A stretch of DNA of 64,000 bases from an uncultured Chloroflexia bacterium (GTDB lineage: Bacteria > Chloroflexota > Limnocylindria > QHBO01), in NCBI GenBank assembly GCA_963790255.1, contig CAWBOA010000004.1, positions 5,339-69,338 on the forward strand, given 5' to 3'. Of the stretch, positions 47,328 through 57,544 are shown one piece after another. The translations under genes were made by a program, and so were the position numbers. Position 1 is the first letter of the stretch. Each line of letters opens with the position of its first letter. The notes under the pieces are model-generated. The model was not told the origin of the DNA and made no database searches. It saw nothing but the letters and a program-made list of their open reading frames with translations.

Positions 47328-48439
47328 TCGGTTCGTCCTCCACGTGCGCCGACCGCCATCGCGGCGCGGTCCTGCTGTCGTTCGAGCGCCGCAACGATAC
47401 GCGCGGCGGCGTTCCCATCGCCATAGAGTGCGGGCCGCGGTCGGTCGCGGCGCATGAAGTCCTCGTCAGCCAGGGCGGCCGCCACGCCCTCGGGGTCGGC
47501 GTCGACGACGCGGTTCCAGCCGGCCTCGACCGTCTCGACCCACTCCGTCTCGGATCGGAGTGTGATGCAGGGCACTCCGGCCAGGTACGCCTCCTTCTGG
47601 ACCCCGCCCGAGTCGGTCGCGATGGCGTGCGCCCCGGTCTCGAGGGCAAGCATCTCGAGGTAGCCGACGGGCTGGGTCGCGATCACGTTCGGGGGCAGCC
47701 GGCGGCCGCCGCCCTCGAGCACCGCGCGCGTGCGGGGGTGGACGGGGAAGATGACCGGGAGGTCGAGCGCCAGGCCGTCGAGGATCGGGCCAAAGCGCGA
47801 CGGGTCGTCGACGTTCTCCGCCCGGTGCATGGTGAGCAGCAGGTAGCGATCCAGCCCGCGCGCCGCCTCGGGCAGATGCTCCAGTGCGCGCTCCATGCCC
47901 CACAGCACGGCGTCGACCATGACGTCACCGACGAGCTCGGCGCGCTCGGCCAGACCCTCCGCCGCCAGGTTGCGCATGGCCGTCTCGGTCGGCGCGAGCA
48001 GCAGGTCGGAGAGATGGTCCGCGACGATCCGATTGCGCTCCTCGGGCATGCGCGGGTTGAACGATCGGAGGCCGGCTTCGACGTGGACCAGTCGAGGGTG
48101 CCTCCCGCCGAACGAGAGCTTCGCGGCGACCACCGCCGCCGCGAGCGTCGAGTTCGTGTCGCCGTAGATGAGGACCGCGTCCGGAGCGTGCTCGAGCATC
48201 ACCGGCTCGAGCCGGCGCAGCATCTCGCCGGTCATCACGCCGTGGGTCCCGCTGCCGACGTCGAGGTTGACGTCGGGCTCCGGCATCTCGAGGTCGCGGA
48301 AGAACGACGCGCTCATCGCGTCGTCGTAGTGCTGGCCGGTGTGCACGAGGACCTCCTCGTGGTGCGGCCGTAGCGCTCGGCTCACCGGCGCGGCCTTCAC
48401 GAACTGCGGCCGCGCGCCGACGACGGTGACGACCCTCAC
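47324..48439 (-). CDS. wecB: UDP-N-acetylglucosamine (or -uronate) 2-epimerase, non-hydrolysing (WecB/WbpI-like)
   Basis: GTG 48439 in a GTGA overlap. VRVVTVVGARPQFVKAAPV, VHTGQHYD, IYGDTNSTLA, HVEAGLRSFN, MPEERNR, ATDSGGVQKEAY. Confidence 0.9.
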   Translation of the reverse strand: MRVVTVVGARPQFVKAAPVSRALRPHHEEVLVHTGQHYDDAMSASFFRDLEMPEPDVNLDVGSGTHGVMTGEMLRRLEPVMLEHAPDAVLIYGDTNSTLAAAVVAAKLSFGGRHPRLVHVEAGLRSFNPRMPEERNRIVADHLSDLLLAPTETAMRNLAAEGLAERAELVGDVMVDAVLWGMERALEHLPEAARGLDRYLLLTMHRAENVDDPSRFGPILDGLALDLPVIFPVHPRTRAVLEGGGRRLPPNVIATQPVGYLEMLALETGAHAIATDSGGVQKEAYLAGVPCITLRSETEWVETVEAGWNRVVDADPEGVAAALADEDFMRRDRPRPALYGDGNAAARIVAALERQQDRAAMAVGARGGRTE

Positions 48440-49029
48440 GCCGCCCCTCCCGGCGGAAAGGGGTCGCCACATCGCGGGCACGCGCCGACGAAGGGCGCGC
48501 CGTCGGCGTCGCGCAGAGGCTGCCCGCACGTGCAGGCGCTGCCCAGCCGCCGCGCCGGATTGCCGGCGACGAGCTCGTGATCCGCGACGTCCCGCGTCAC
48601 CACGCTCCCCGCTCCGACCATCGCCCATCGGCCGATCGTCACGCCGGGCAGGATCGTGCTGTTCGCGCCGAGCGCCGCGCCCTGCCGGACGCGGATGGGC
48701 GAGACCTCCCAGTCGGCATCGGTCTTGGCCGAGCCGTCGGGATTCACGGCGCGTGGCACCCGATCGTTGGTGAAGCACACGTGCGGGCCGACGAACACGC
48801 CGTCCTCCACGGTGACGCCGTGGAAGAGGCTCACGTTGTTCTGGATCTTCACGCGGTCGCCGATCACCACCCCGGCGTCGACGTACACGTTCTTGCCGAC
48901 GATGCAGTCCGCGCCGATCCGGGCGCCCTCGCGGACCTGCGCCTGGTTCCAGATGCTGCTGCCCGGGCCGACCGTCGCATCGGGTGAAACGTCGGCGGTG
49001 GGATGGATTCGCGCATGGCGCTGCGTCAT
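48436..49029 (-). CDS. Hexapeptide-repeat sugar N-acetyltransferase (WbpD/WlbB-like) with C-terminal 4-Cys tail
   Basis: IHPTADVSPDATVGPGSSIWNQAQVREGARIGADCIVGKNVYVDAGVVIGDRVKIQNNVSLF...VGPHVCFTND...GANSTILPGVTIGRWAMVGAGSVV, then SACTCGQPLRDADGAPFVGACPRCG. Confidence 0.85.
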   Translation of the reverse strand: MTQRHARIHPTADVSPDATVGPGSSIWNQAQVREGARIGADCIVGKNVYVDAGVVIGDRVKIQNNVSLFHGVTVEDGVFVGPHVCFTNDRVPRAVNPDGSAKTDADWEVSPIRVRQGAALGANSTILPGVTIGRWAMVGAGSVVTRDVADHELVAGNPARRLGSACTCGQPLRDADGAPFVGACPRCGDPFPPGGAA

Positions 49030-50534
49030 TCGATCTCCTCGGGCGCGGCCATTCTAGCCGAGCCGCCGCTCGCTGCCTCCGGGCGCCCCGCAGCCTCAGC
49101 CTCGGCGAGGGCGCCGCGCAGCGTCGCGAGCGGCGCCCGCGCGATCATCCACCCAGCCACCACGACCGCGATCACCAGGGCGAGGTGGGCCGCCAGGGGC
49201 CCCGCACCCGTCCCCGCGGCGGCGACTCTCGACGTGGCGAGCGCGAGGATGGCCACCGTGACGGCGAGGGTCAGGCGGCCCCAGTCGAGTCGCAGCGGAT
49301 GGCGCTGCGATGCCAGCCACCACGTCCCCGCGGCAAGGACGGCGTAGGCGACGAGCGTGGACACGGCCGCACCGATGATCCCCAGCCGCGGAATTAGGAC
49401 GACGTTGAGGGCCACGCTGACGATGGCTGCGGCCGCCGTCACCAAGGGCAGGCGCCCCGTCGAGCGGGCCAGGTACAGCCCGCTGGCGAACATCAGGGCC
49501 GCCGCGTTGACGGCCGCGGCGAAGGCGACGATGACCGTCACGTCGGCTGCGGCGGCCCATTCTGGCGGAGCGATCAGGCCGATGAGGTCCGGCGCCAGAA
49601 TCGAGAGGCACGCCGCGAGCGCGAAGAACGCCGTCACCACGATCGTCATCGCCTCACGAATGACGCGCGGGCCGGCCGGTCCGTCGCCAATGGCGTAGAG
49701 GAACGGCATCCATGCGGCGTTGAAGGAGACCGCGATCAGAGAGATGGCGTAGCCGAGCTGGTAGCCGAGCGAGTACACCCCGATCGCGGCAAGCGTCTGC
49801 GCGGCGGTCAGGCCAAGGAAGAGCCCGAGCAGCCACCGATCCGACAGGTTCAGCAGCCACCCGGCCAGGGTGTGCGGCAGGAGCGGCAGCCCGAAGGCGA
49901 GGGACCTCCGCGCGATGTCGGACCGGTACGCCCACGGCCGTTGTCGCCACAGGATGACGGCGGCGGCGCCGGCCATGACGGTCGCGCCCGCCAGCTGGCC
50001 GAGCAGGCTTCCCAGCGCGCCGAGGCGCATCACCACGACGAGGGCAACCGTCACGACCACGACGGCCATGAACGCCCCCAGCGCCAACCCGAGGTAGCGG
50101 CCCATGCGGTCGGTGGCCCGGAACCAGACCGACGGGACGAACTGGAAGGCGTTCGCCGCCCCGATTGCGAGCGTGACGAGGAGAAGCGGCAGGAGGTCGT
50201 CATCGACGCGCGGACCGAGCGCGACCGAGGCCACCGCGCCAAGGAGCGTGCCGGCCGCGGCGGCGACGAGGGTGAGGGCGGCGGTCGTCGCATACAGCTG
50301 CCGCCGCCCGGGGCCGGAGTCATCGCCATGCATGCGCAGCAGGGAGGCATCGAGGCCGAGCCGATACGCGATCGCCAGCAGCAGCGCGGCCGACCCCGCC
50401 AGGCTCACCGTGCCGAAGTCGGCCTGGCCGAGGAACCGCGCGTAGATCGGCAGGAGGAGGAAGGCCCCCGCCCGCGGGACGAGGTTGGCCACGGTGACGA
50501 GCAGGGATCCGCGGGCGAGGGCGCGGAGCGTCAC
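49026..50534 (-). CDS. wzx: Oligosaccharide-lipid flippase (Wzx; MOP/polysaccharide-biosynthesis family)
   Basis: Intact 502 aa with about 12-14 TM helices. N-terminus LARGSLLVTVANLVPRAGAFLLLPIYARFLGQADFGTVSL is typical of the family. First gene of the operon. Confidence 0.85.
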   Translation of the reverse strand: MTLRALARGSLLVTVANLVPRAGAFLLLPIYARFLGQADFGTVSLAGSAALLLAIAYRLGLDASLLRMHGDDSGPGRRQLYATTAALTLVAAAAGTLLGAVASVALGPRVDDDLLPLLLVTLAIGAANAFQFVPSVWFRATDRMGRYLGLALGAFMAVVVVTVALVVVMRLGALGSLLGQLAGATVMAGAAAVILWRQRPWAYRSDIARRSLAFGLPLLPHTLAGWLLNLSDRWLLGLFLGLTAAQTLAAIGVYSLGYQLGYAISLIAVSFNAAWMPFLYAIGDGPAGPRVIREAMTIVVTAFFALAACLSILAPDLIGLIAPPEWAAAADVTVIVAFAAAVNAAALMFASGLYLARSTGRLPLVTAAAAIVSVALNVVLIPRLGIIGAAVSTLVAYAVLAAGTWWLASQRHPLRLDWGRLTLAVTVAILALATSRVAAAGTGAGPLAAHLALVIAVVVAGWMIARAPLATLRGALAEAEAAGRPEAASGGSARMAAPEEIE

Positions 50535-50595
50535 CCGGATGGGCCGGTCGCGTCGGTCACGGCCGGAAGTGTAGGGTCGCCGATTGCCCCGTGTG

Positions 50596-53157
50596 TCAGT
50601 CGGCGAGCGCCCGATGGAGGAAGGCGGCCATCTGGTCGCGGGTGATCACCGCCGATGGGCAGAACCTGCCGTCGTCGCAGCCGCCGGTGATGCCGGAGGC
50701 CGCGAGGCGATTGATGTCGGCCTGGTGCCCGCTGGCGTTGTCATCGGAGAAGAAGTCGGTCGATGTCGCCGGCAGGCCCAGCGCACGCGCCAGGAAGCTC
50801 GCCATCTGCTCGCGGCTGACCGACGCGGCGGGGCAGAACCTGCCCGGACCGCAGCCGCCGGTGATCTCGGCATCAGCCAGGCGATTGATGTCCGCCTCGT
50901 GCGGACTGCTCTCGTCGTCCGAGAACCAGTCCCTGGTCGCCGGCGGCAGGTCGAGGGCACGCGCGAGGAAGCTCGCCATCTGCTCTCGCGTCACCGACCT
51001 CGATGGGCAGAACCTGTCGCCTCCACAGCCTGCGGTGATGCCCTGCTCGGCCAGCCAGGCGATGTCGTGGTCGAACGGGGAGCCGACCGTGTCTGAGAAG
51101 CCCGACACACCCGTCGTGAACGACCACATGCTGGCGGCGGTCGGGTTCCCGGCCGGATCGCGGACTCCGGCCGTCACCTCGACCCGATACGTGCGCTCGG
51201 CCGCGAGCTTGCTCGTCGCGACGAGGGTCGCGGTCCGGCTGGTGGAGTTGTAGGACACCTCGCTGCCGACGACGGTGCCCGTCTGCATGTCGCGCAGCCG
51301 GACCGTGGTGGCCGTGACGTTCGTCACGGGCTCGTCGAAGCGGGCGGTCGCGGTGGTGAAGCGGCTGATGTTCGTGGCCCCGCTGGCCGGAGCCCGGCCG
51401 ACGATGCGCGGCGGCGCCGTGTCGACGTACGTCGGCGTGACCCGATATGCGGTTCGATTGCCGTTGCTGTAGTAGTTCAGGACGCGCACGAAGATTCGTG
51501 TCGGGCCGGAAACGGCGGCAGACGCGAGCTCCGTGCCCGACGCGCCGACGTTGTCGACGCGCCGGAGCAGGGCGCCCGCCGACGAGTACAGCTCGACGAT
51601 GGGGTCGATCGGAATCGTGCTCCGGTTCCACGGATAGGCCCGAACGTCGTCGACGCCGCCGACCCGCACCTGGAGGGTGCCGGCGCGAGGGACGTCGACC
51701 GCGAACACGTCAACGTCCCCGGCCGGATAGATCGTGGGGCGCGTCGTCGCGCCGAGCGCGATCCATCGCGCGGTCGACAGCGCCTGGTTCGGCTCGAGGC
51801 CGTCACCACCGGGCAGTCCGGGAGCGGCGACGCTGCCGCCGAGGGCGCGATACGCATTCACGCGGCCGGCGCCGTAGCGTCGATCCCAGCCGGGGTATCC
51901 CCGGTCATCGACCGTGCCGACGAGGCGCGCCACGATCTGCGCCGGAGTGTCGTTCGGATACGCGGCGCGCATGAGCGCCACCACGCCGGCGACGTTCGGG
52001 GTCGCGAAGCTCGTGCCGCTGATGTACGTGTGCTCTCCCCACGAGTCGTGGTCGGCGTACGTGCAGACGTAGCAGTTCGTGGTCTGCACCGATGCGCCGG
52101 GCGCGCTCATGTCGACCTTCGCCCCGTAGCTCGACCAGTGGCTGAACTCGTCGTTGGCCTGCGTCGCACTGACGCTGATGACGTTGTCGAAGCTGGCCGG
52201 GTAAAAGGTCTCGTCGCGGAAGTTGTTCCCCGCGGCGCCGACCAGCACGACGCCCTCCGCCCAGGCGTCGTTGACGGCGTCCTGCAGGATCTGGGAGTAC
52301 GGGAACCCGCCGACGCTCATGTTGATGACCGTCGCGCCATGGTCGACCGCCCAGCTGATCGCCGCGAGGAGGTCTGCCGTGCTGCCGGTGCCCTGACGGT
52401 CCATGATCTTCACCGGCAGGATCTTGTCGCTCCAGCTGATGCCGGCGATCCCGTAGCCGTCGTTCGCCGACGACGCCACGATCCCGGCGACCCAGGTGCC
52501 GTGGCCGTTGTCATCCGCCGCGTTCGAGTCGTCGTTGACGAAGTCGTACCCGGGCAGCACACGCCCGGCGAGGTCCGGATGGTTCGCCTGGACCCCGGTG
52601 TCGAGGACGGCGACGATGCCGTCACCGCCGGTCGAGACCGACCACGCGTCCCGCACGCGCATCTGGTCGAGCGAGTACTGGCCCGCCGTCTTCGGATCGT
52701 TGACGACGACCGCGTCAGCGAGCTGGACGACGTAGTTCGGCTCCACCGCATCGACCATCGGGTCGGAAGTGAGCGCCGCAACGACGTCGGCGACCGGCCG
52801 GCCGGCCGTGGACACGAGGGTGGCACCCGCCCCGCTCGGACCCGCCAGCTCGGCGATGACCCGCAGCCCCTGACGCCTCGCTCCCTCCGGAGCCGCCTCG
52901 GCGCTCCGCCACCGAACGAGCACCTCGCCGGGCACGATCGCCCCCTCCAGCGGAGTCGTGACCGGTTCAGGGTCCTGCGCGCCGACCGGCGTGGCCATGC
53001 TGAGCAGGATGAGCATGGCGAAGGCGGCGGGGATCGCTCGGCGGATGGGCAACGCGGGGCTCCTGTGTGGTCCGGTGCGGTCGGAGGCGCGCTGCGGCGT
53101 GCCCGGCCGTCCGCACCCAACCCTACGTCTCGGCCCCAGTCCGAACGAGGGGACCAT
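50596..53157 (-). CDS. Secreted S8 subtilisin-like serine protease with Ig-like domain and three C-terminal Cys-containing SLH-like modules (probable start TTG 53052)
   Basis: Catalytic triad contexts VAVLDTGV (D), GHGTWVAGIV (H), SGTSFATPNVAG (S). Signal-like RRAIPAAFAMLILLSMATPVGAQD. An SbsA-Ig-like segment (DTAPPRIVGRAPASGATNI...). The last 167 aa (50596..51099) are 3 x F.DD..S.H.ADI..LA..GIT.GC...RFCP...V(T/S)R.QMA.FL.RAL. Confidence 0.85.
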   Translation of the reverse strand: MVPSFGLGPRRRVGCGRPGTPQRASDRTGPHRSPALPIRRAIPAAFAMLILLSMATPVGAQDPEPVTTPLEGAIVPGEVLVRWRSAEAAPEGARRQGLRVIAELAGPSGAGATLVSTAGRPVADVVAALTSDPMVDAVEPNYVVQLADAVVVNDPKTAGQYSLDQMRVRDAWSVSTGGDGIVAVLDTGVQANHPDLAGRVLPGYDFVNDDSNAADDNGHGTWVAGIVASSANDGYGIAGISWSDKILPVKIMDRQGTGSTADLLAAISWAVDHGATVINMSVGGFPYSQILQDAVNDAWAEGVVLVGAAGNNFRDETFYPASFDNVISVSATQANDEFSHWSSYGAKVDMSAPGASVQTTNCYVCTYADHDSWGEHTYISGTSFATPNVAGVVALMRAAYPNDTPAQIVARLVGTVDDRGYPGWDRRYGAGRVNAYRALGGSVAAPGLPGGDGLEPNQALSTARWIALGATTRPTIYPAGDVDVFAVDVPRAGTLQVRVGGVDDVRAYPWNRSTIPIDPIVELYSSAGALLRRVDNVGASGTELASAAVSGPTRIFVRVLNYYSNGNRTAYRVTPTYVDTAPPRIVGRAPASGATNISRFTTATARFDEPVTNVTATTVRLRDMQTGTVVGSEVSYNSTSRTATLVATSKLAAERTYRVEVTAGVRDPAGNPTAASMWSFTTGVSGFSDTVGSPFDHDIAWLAEQGITAGCGGDRFCPSRSVTREQMASFLARALDLPPATRDWFSDDESSPHEADINRLADAEITGGCGPGRFCPAASVSREQMASFLARALGLPATSTDFFSDDNASGHQADINRLAASGITGGCDDGRFCPSAVITRDQMAAFLHRALAD
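50657..50814. repeat. 158-nt segment nearly identical (3 mismatches) to 57780..57937
   Basis: gggcagaacctgccgtcgtcgcagccgccggtgatgccggaggccgcgaggcgattgatgtcggcctggtgccc...gccatctgctcgcg. It encodes ATSTD(F/Y)FSDDNASGHQADINRLAASGITGGCDDGRFCP in both genes. Confidence 0.9.
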
Positions 53158-53186
53158 GGTCCGGGCGCGCGAAGGGGACCGATGGG

Positions 53187-53771
53187 CTAAGGCGACTCCA
53201 GCAGCTCCCGCAGGCGCGGCGCGGCCGCCTGGACCGCTCGACCCCGATGGCTGAGGCGATCCTTCTCGGCCTCGGGCAGCTCGGCGGTGGTCTGTCCGCT
53301 GGGCAGCAGGAAGATCGGGTCGTATCCGAACCCACTCGTGCCGCGCGGCCCGTCGGCAACCTCACCCTCGACGGTGCCCGTGAAGATCTCGATCGTGGGC
53401 GGGTCCGCCGGCAGCGCGACCGCCAGGGCGCAGACCATGCGCGCTCGACGGTCTTCGCCGTGGCGCAGCGCCTCCATGACCGCTGCGACCTTGTCCGGTC
53501 CGCCCCAGCGAGCGCTCCGCACGCCTGGGCCACCGTCGAGCGCCGCCAGCTCGATGCCGGAGTCGTCCGCGACCGTCAGCACGCCGGACGCCGTCACGTA
53601 GGCGAGGGCCTTGGTTGCGGCGTTCTCGGCGTACGTGTCATACGGCTCGTCCACCTCGAGGTCGATGCCGAGCTCGTCAGGGGTGACCACGGCGGCCGGA
53701 AGCCCCGCCAGCAGCCGACGAAACTCCCGCTGCTTGCCCGGGTTGGTGGTCGCGACGAGGAGCTGCTTCAC
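53187..53771 (-). CDS. rdgB: Non-canonical purine NTP pyrophosphatase (RdgB/HAM1)
   Basis: [53 protein letters not shown]. 4-nt overlap with rph. Confidence 0.9.
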   Translation of the reverse strand: MKQLLVATTNPGKQREFRRLLAGLPAAVVTPDELGIDLEVDEPYDTYAENAATKALAYVTASGVLTVADDSGIELAALDGGPGVRSARWGGPDKVAAVMEALRHGEDRRARMVCALAVALPADPPTIEIFTGTVEGEVADGPRGTSGFGYDPIFLLPSGQTTAELPEAEKDRLSHRGRAVQAAAPRLRELLESP

Positions 53772-54505
53772 TCCCCGGCGGACGCCTCGATCGCGGTGCG
53801 CTGGAGCGCGAAGAGCTGGCGGATGCCGGCCGCCGCGAGATCGATCATCCCGTCGAGCTGCGCTCGGCTGAACGAGCCGTGCTCGGCCGTTCCCTGGACC
53901 TCGATGAGCCGATCCTCATTGGTCATGACGACGTTGAAGTCGACTTCGGCGGCCGAGTCCTCGCTGTAGTCAAGGTCGAGGTATGGCTGAGCGTTCACGA
54001 TGCCGACGCTCACCGCCGCAACCTGGCCGGTTACGAGCTGGCCCATGCCGAACTTGTTCAGCGCGCGCGCCAGGGCCACGTACGCGCCGGTGATGCTCGC
54101 GGTGCGCGTGCCACCGTCGGCCTGGATGACATCGCAGTCGAGCGTGATGGTGCGCTCGCCCAGGCTCCGCATGTCCACCACTCCCCGCAGCGAACGACCG
54201 ATGAGACGCTGGATCTCGTGGGTTCGGCCGCCGATCGATCCGCGCGCCGCCTCCCGCTGGCTGCGCTCCGTGCCGGCGCGCGGCAGCATGCTGTACTCGG
54301 CGGTCACCCATCCGCGACCCTTGCCGCGCATCCAGCCCGGCACGCGATCCTCGATCGTGGCGGCGCAGATGACGCGCGTGTCGCCAACGCGGATGAGGAC
54401 GGAGCCCTCCGCGAACTTGAGATAGTCGGGGACGATCTTCACCGGGCGCAGCTGGTTCGGAACGCGGCCATCGACGCGGCGCGCGGCGGTCGGAGCGGTG
54501 GTCAT
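53768..54505 (-). CDS. rph: Ribonuclease PH
   Basis: ATG 54505. [91 protein letters not shown]. Confidence 0.9.
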   Translation of the reverse strand: MTTAPTAARRVDGRVPNQLRPVKIVPDYLKFAEGSVLIRVGDTRVICAATIEDRVPGWMRGKGRGWVTAEYSMLPRAGTERSQREAARGSIGGRTHEIQRLIGRSLRGVVDMRSLGERTITLDCDVIQADGGTRTASITGAYVALARALNKFGMGQLVTGQVAAVSVGIVNAQPYLDLDYSEDSAAEVDFNVVMTNEDRLIEVQGTAEHGSFSRAQLDGMIDLAAAGIRQLFALQRTAIEASAGE

Positions 54506-54553
54506 GTGGCTGCCGATTCTACGGCAGCCCACCCGGGACCGGGGATGCCCCGG

Positions 54554-55552
54554 TCAGTCGGCGAAGCCGCGGTGGAGGAAGCCCGCCATCTGCTCGCGCG
54601 TGACGTACGACGAGGGGCAGAAGCGCCCGGTGGCGCAGCCGCCCGTGATGCCGGCCTCGGCCAGGGCGTTGATCGAAGCCTCGTGGATGCTGTCGTTGTC
54701 GTCCGAGAACCAGTCGCGCGTCGCGGCCGGCGGACGAAGCGCCCGGAAGAGGAAGCTCGCCATCTGGGCTCGCGTGACGCCCGAATGCGGGCAGTACCGC
54801 GAGCCGACGCAGCCCGAGGCGATCCGCGCCTGGGCCACGCTGTTGATGTCGCCCTCGTGGGCCGAGGTGTTGTCGTCGCTGAACCAGTCCTCCTCGGAGG
54901 AGGGCACATCGGTGATCCGCGTCAGGAAGCTGGCCATCTGTTCGCGCGTGACCGTCGACTTCGGGCAGAAGCGGCTCGCGCTGCATCCGGCGGTGATGCC
55001 CTCCTCGACGAGCCAAGCGATGTCGGCGCGGAACGCGGAGGTGGCGGTATCGGTGAACGATGGGGCGGGGGCGCTTTCGCCACACGGATCGACGAAGACC
55101 ATCACTCCGTAGTAGCGGCCGTCGTCGCCGCGCGACCAGCTGCCGCCGACGATGGCGAAGTTCGGCCTGAGCATGATCTCGCGGTGCGTGTCGGAATTGA
55201 ACCACTGCCCCACGAACGAGCTCGCGGTGCCATGCGAGTTGTACGCGATGATCTCGCCGAACGCCGACCAGCACACGCCGAGGTCGTCCATCCGCTCGCG
55301 GACGTAGTCCATGTCGTGCTCCATCCGCTCCGCGTCCGCCATCTGGTCGCCGCGCTCGACGGCGATTCGGTCGAGGTTGGCGTTGAGGCTGACCGGCGGC
55401 GCGTTGACGTCGTCGCGCAGCGCGTTGACCTCGCTGACGAAGTCGCCACCATCAGTCGCGGCGGCCGGCGCCGGGCTGGCGGCCAGCGCGAATGCGGCGA
55501 TGACGGCGGTGAGGAAGGCTGCGGCGCGGCGACTGGGCACTGGCTGGGTCAC
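54554..55552 (-). CDS. Secreted CAP/SCP (PR-1-like) domain protein with three C-terminal SLH-like modules
   Basis: Signal peptide AAAFLTAVIAAFALAASPAPAAA. CAP-like segment VNALRDDVNAPPVSLNANLDRIAVERGDQMA...GEIIAYN...QWFNSDTHREIML.PNFAIVGGSW. Then 3 x (F.D...S.F/H..DI..L...GI..GC...R(F/Y)CP...VTR.QMA.FL), ending FLHRGFAD*. Confidence 0.8.
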   Translation of the reverse strand: MTQPVPSRRAAAFLTAVIAAFALAASPAPAAATDGGDFVSEVNALRDDVNAPPVSLNANLDRIAVERGDQMADAERMEHDMDYVRERMDDLGVCWSAFGEIIAYNSHGTASSFVGQWFNSDTHREIMLRPNFAIVGGSWSRGDDGRYYGVMVFVDPCGESAPAPSFTDTATSAFRADIAWLVEEGITAGCSASRFCPKSTVTREQMASFLTRITDVPSSEEDWFSDDNTSAHEGDINSVAQARIASGCVGSRYCPHSGVTRAQMASFLFRALRPPAATRDWFSDDNDSIHEASINALAEAGITGGCATGRFCPSSYVTREQMAGFLHRGFAD

Positions 55553-55664
55553 GAGCGATATGGGCTCCGGGTGCGGCTGAGGCGTCGAACGCCACCGTAG
55601 TCGCGCGGCCGGCCATGGCGCGATGGGCCTATGGTCCGATCGGGGGGTGGCTCGATCGGCTCCG

Positions 55665-57485
55665 CTAGCTCAGCGCTCGGTGCAAGAACGCGGCCATCTG
55701 CTCGCGCGTGACGGTCGCTCGAGGGCAGTAGCGGCCGTCGGCGCAGCCCCCGGTGATGCCGGCCTGGGCGACGCGATTGATGTCGGCCTCGTGGGCGCTC
55801 GCGTCGTCATCCGTGAAGAAGTCGGTCGAGGCACCCGGAAGCGCCAACCCGCGAGCGAGGAAGCTGGCCATCTGCTCGCGCGTCACCAGCGCCTTCGGGC
55901 AGAATCGGCCCGAGCCGCAGCCGCCCGTGATGCCGGCCTCGGCGACGCGGTTGATGTCCGCCTGGTGCTGAGTCCCGCCGTCATCGGAGAACCAGTCGCG
56001 CGTGGCGGGCGGCAGGTCGAGCGCGCGTGCCAGGAAGCTCGCCATCTGCTCGCGCGTGACCGATGCCTTCGGGCAGAAGCGCTCGAAGCCGCATCCGCCG
56101 GTGATCCCGGCGTCCGCGATCCACAGGATGTCCCAGCGGTACGGGGAGCCGATGATGTCCTCGAACCACGGCCCCTGGAAGTTCGCGTCAAGCGCGCTCC
56201 ACAGCTCCTGGCGCGTCCCGTCCATGAGGAGGTGCCAGATCCCGACCCCGCGCAGGCCATGCGCATTGACCAGGTCGTACTTCGCGCCCAGGGACTGGAC
56301 GTCGTCGTAGTAGCCCTGGACCCACGTGTCGTGGACCGTGTCGTAGAACGTGTACCAGGGCACCCGGCCGGCGCCGTCCCAGCGGCGGCCGTGGTCGCTC
56401 GCCTCGGCGCGGTGGAACGTGTACCAGCCGGCGGCGCTCGTCAGCACGTCGTTCGTCGTCGCGTTGAGATCGTCGGCATCGGTCGACCACTCGCGCCCGT
56501 AGTAGGGCACCCCCCAGATGATCTTCGCCGGTGGAACGAGCTCGAGGTACGCGTCGAGGGCCTCGCCGACGTCGAGCATGTACGAGCTCGAGATGGGTGC
56601 GACGCCCCCTGCGCGGGCGGAGCCGGACCAGCTGAAGTCATAGGCCATGACCATCAGCGCGTCGGCCGCGCCGGTCGCGCTCAGGGCGGCGATGTCGTAT
56701 CCGGTATCCCATGTCCCGGCCCCCGCCATGGTGGCCACGGTCAGGTACGAGCCGGCATTCTGGCGGGCGAGCTCCGCCTTCACCTGGCGAACGAAGGTCG
56801 TGAAGGCCGAGCGCAGGGAGGTCGGTACCGGCTCGAAGTCCAGGTTGACGCCGTCGGCATTGCGCCCCTTGACGGCACTCGCGATCTCCGTGGCCAGCCG
56901 CGACCGGTTCGCGGAACTGTTGAGCAGGGTCGTCATCGCCGAGTAGTTCCCGCTCCAGGCCATCATCGTGACGGTCAGCACGACCTTGACGTCTCGGGCA
57001 TGGGCCCGCGCGATCACGTCTGCCATGGCCGAGGAGGTCCATCCGGCCCACCCGGTGCTCGGGGTTGCCGTCGTTCCCCTGGCGAGCGTGCCATTCGACT
57101 GCGCGCCGACCGAGAAGTAGGCGATGGTCGAGACGAGCGAGTAGTCGAGCTCGACGAGATCCTCGGCATCGAGCATCCAGTACGGCAGGTAGCCGAAGAC
57201 GTCGCGGAAGAGTCCGTTCGGCAGGCCGACGACCCCACTGGCGCCGGCCGTCGAAGCGTCGACCGTCACCTGGCCACCGGCGCCGGGCCCAACGCTGGGA
57301 ACCGCACCCGGAGTGAAGGCGATGACGTCGGCCTCATGGGCGGCGAGCATCTCGGCATGCACGGATCCCCCCTCGGCGGCCTGCGCCGCCGGTGGCGGCG
57401 TCGGGTCAGCCGCGCGGCCGGGCTGCGCGAGGACGAGGAGGAGGGTGGCGGCGAGCGCCGCCGAGAGCCGGGATCGCGGGGACAT
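55665..57485 (-). CDS. Secreted GH18-family glycoside hydrolase (chitinase/peptidoglycan-hydrolase-like) with three C-terminal SLH-like modules
   Basis: Signal peptide LSAALAATLLLVLAQPGRAA. FGYLPYW..., KVVLTV, catalytic DGVNLDFE, MAYDF, WGVPYYGREW, GIWHL. Then three modules, ending FLHRALS*. Confidence 0.85.
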   Translation of the reverse strand: MSPRSRLSAALAATLLLVLAQPGRAADPTPPPAAQAAEGGSVHAEMLAAHEADVIAFTPGAVPSVGPGAGGQVTVDASTAGASGVVGLPNGLFRDVFGYLPYWMLDAEDLVELDYSLVSTIAYFSVGAQSNGTLARGTTATPSTGWAGWTSSAMADVIARAHARDVKVVLTVTMMAWSGNYSAMTTLLNSSANRSRLATEIASAVKGRNADGVNLDFEPVPTSLRSAFTTFVRQVKAELARQNAGSYLTVATMAGAGTWDTGYDIAALSATGAADALMVMAYDFSWSGSARAGGVAPISSSYMLDVGEALDAYLELVPPAKIIWGVPYYGREWSTDADDLNATTNDVLTSAAGWYTFHRAEASDHGRRWDGAGRVPWYTFYDTVHDTWVQGYYDDVQSLGAKYDLVNAHGLRGVGIWHLLMDGTRQELWSALDANFQGPWFEDIIGSPYRWDILWIADAGITGGCGFERFCPKASVTREQMASFLARALDLPPATRDWFSDDGGTQHQADINRVAEAGITGGCGSGRFCPKALVTREQMASFLARGLALPGASTDFFTDDDASAHEADINRVAQAGITGGCADGRYCPRATVTREQMAAFLHRALS

Positions 57486-57544
57486 GAATTGACCTTAGGC
57501 CGGTCTGGTGCGGACCTGAATAGTACTGATCGGTCCGAGACCGA

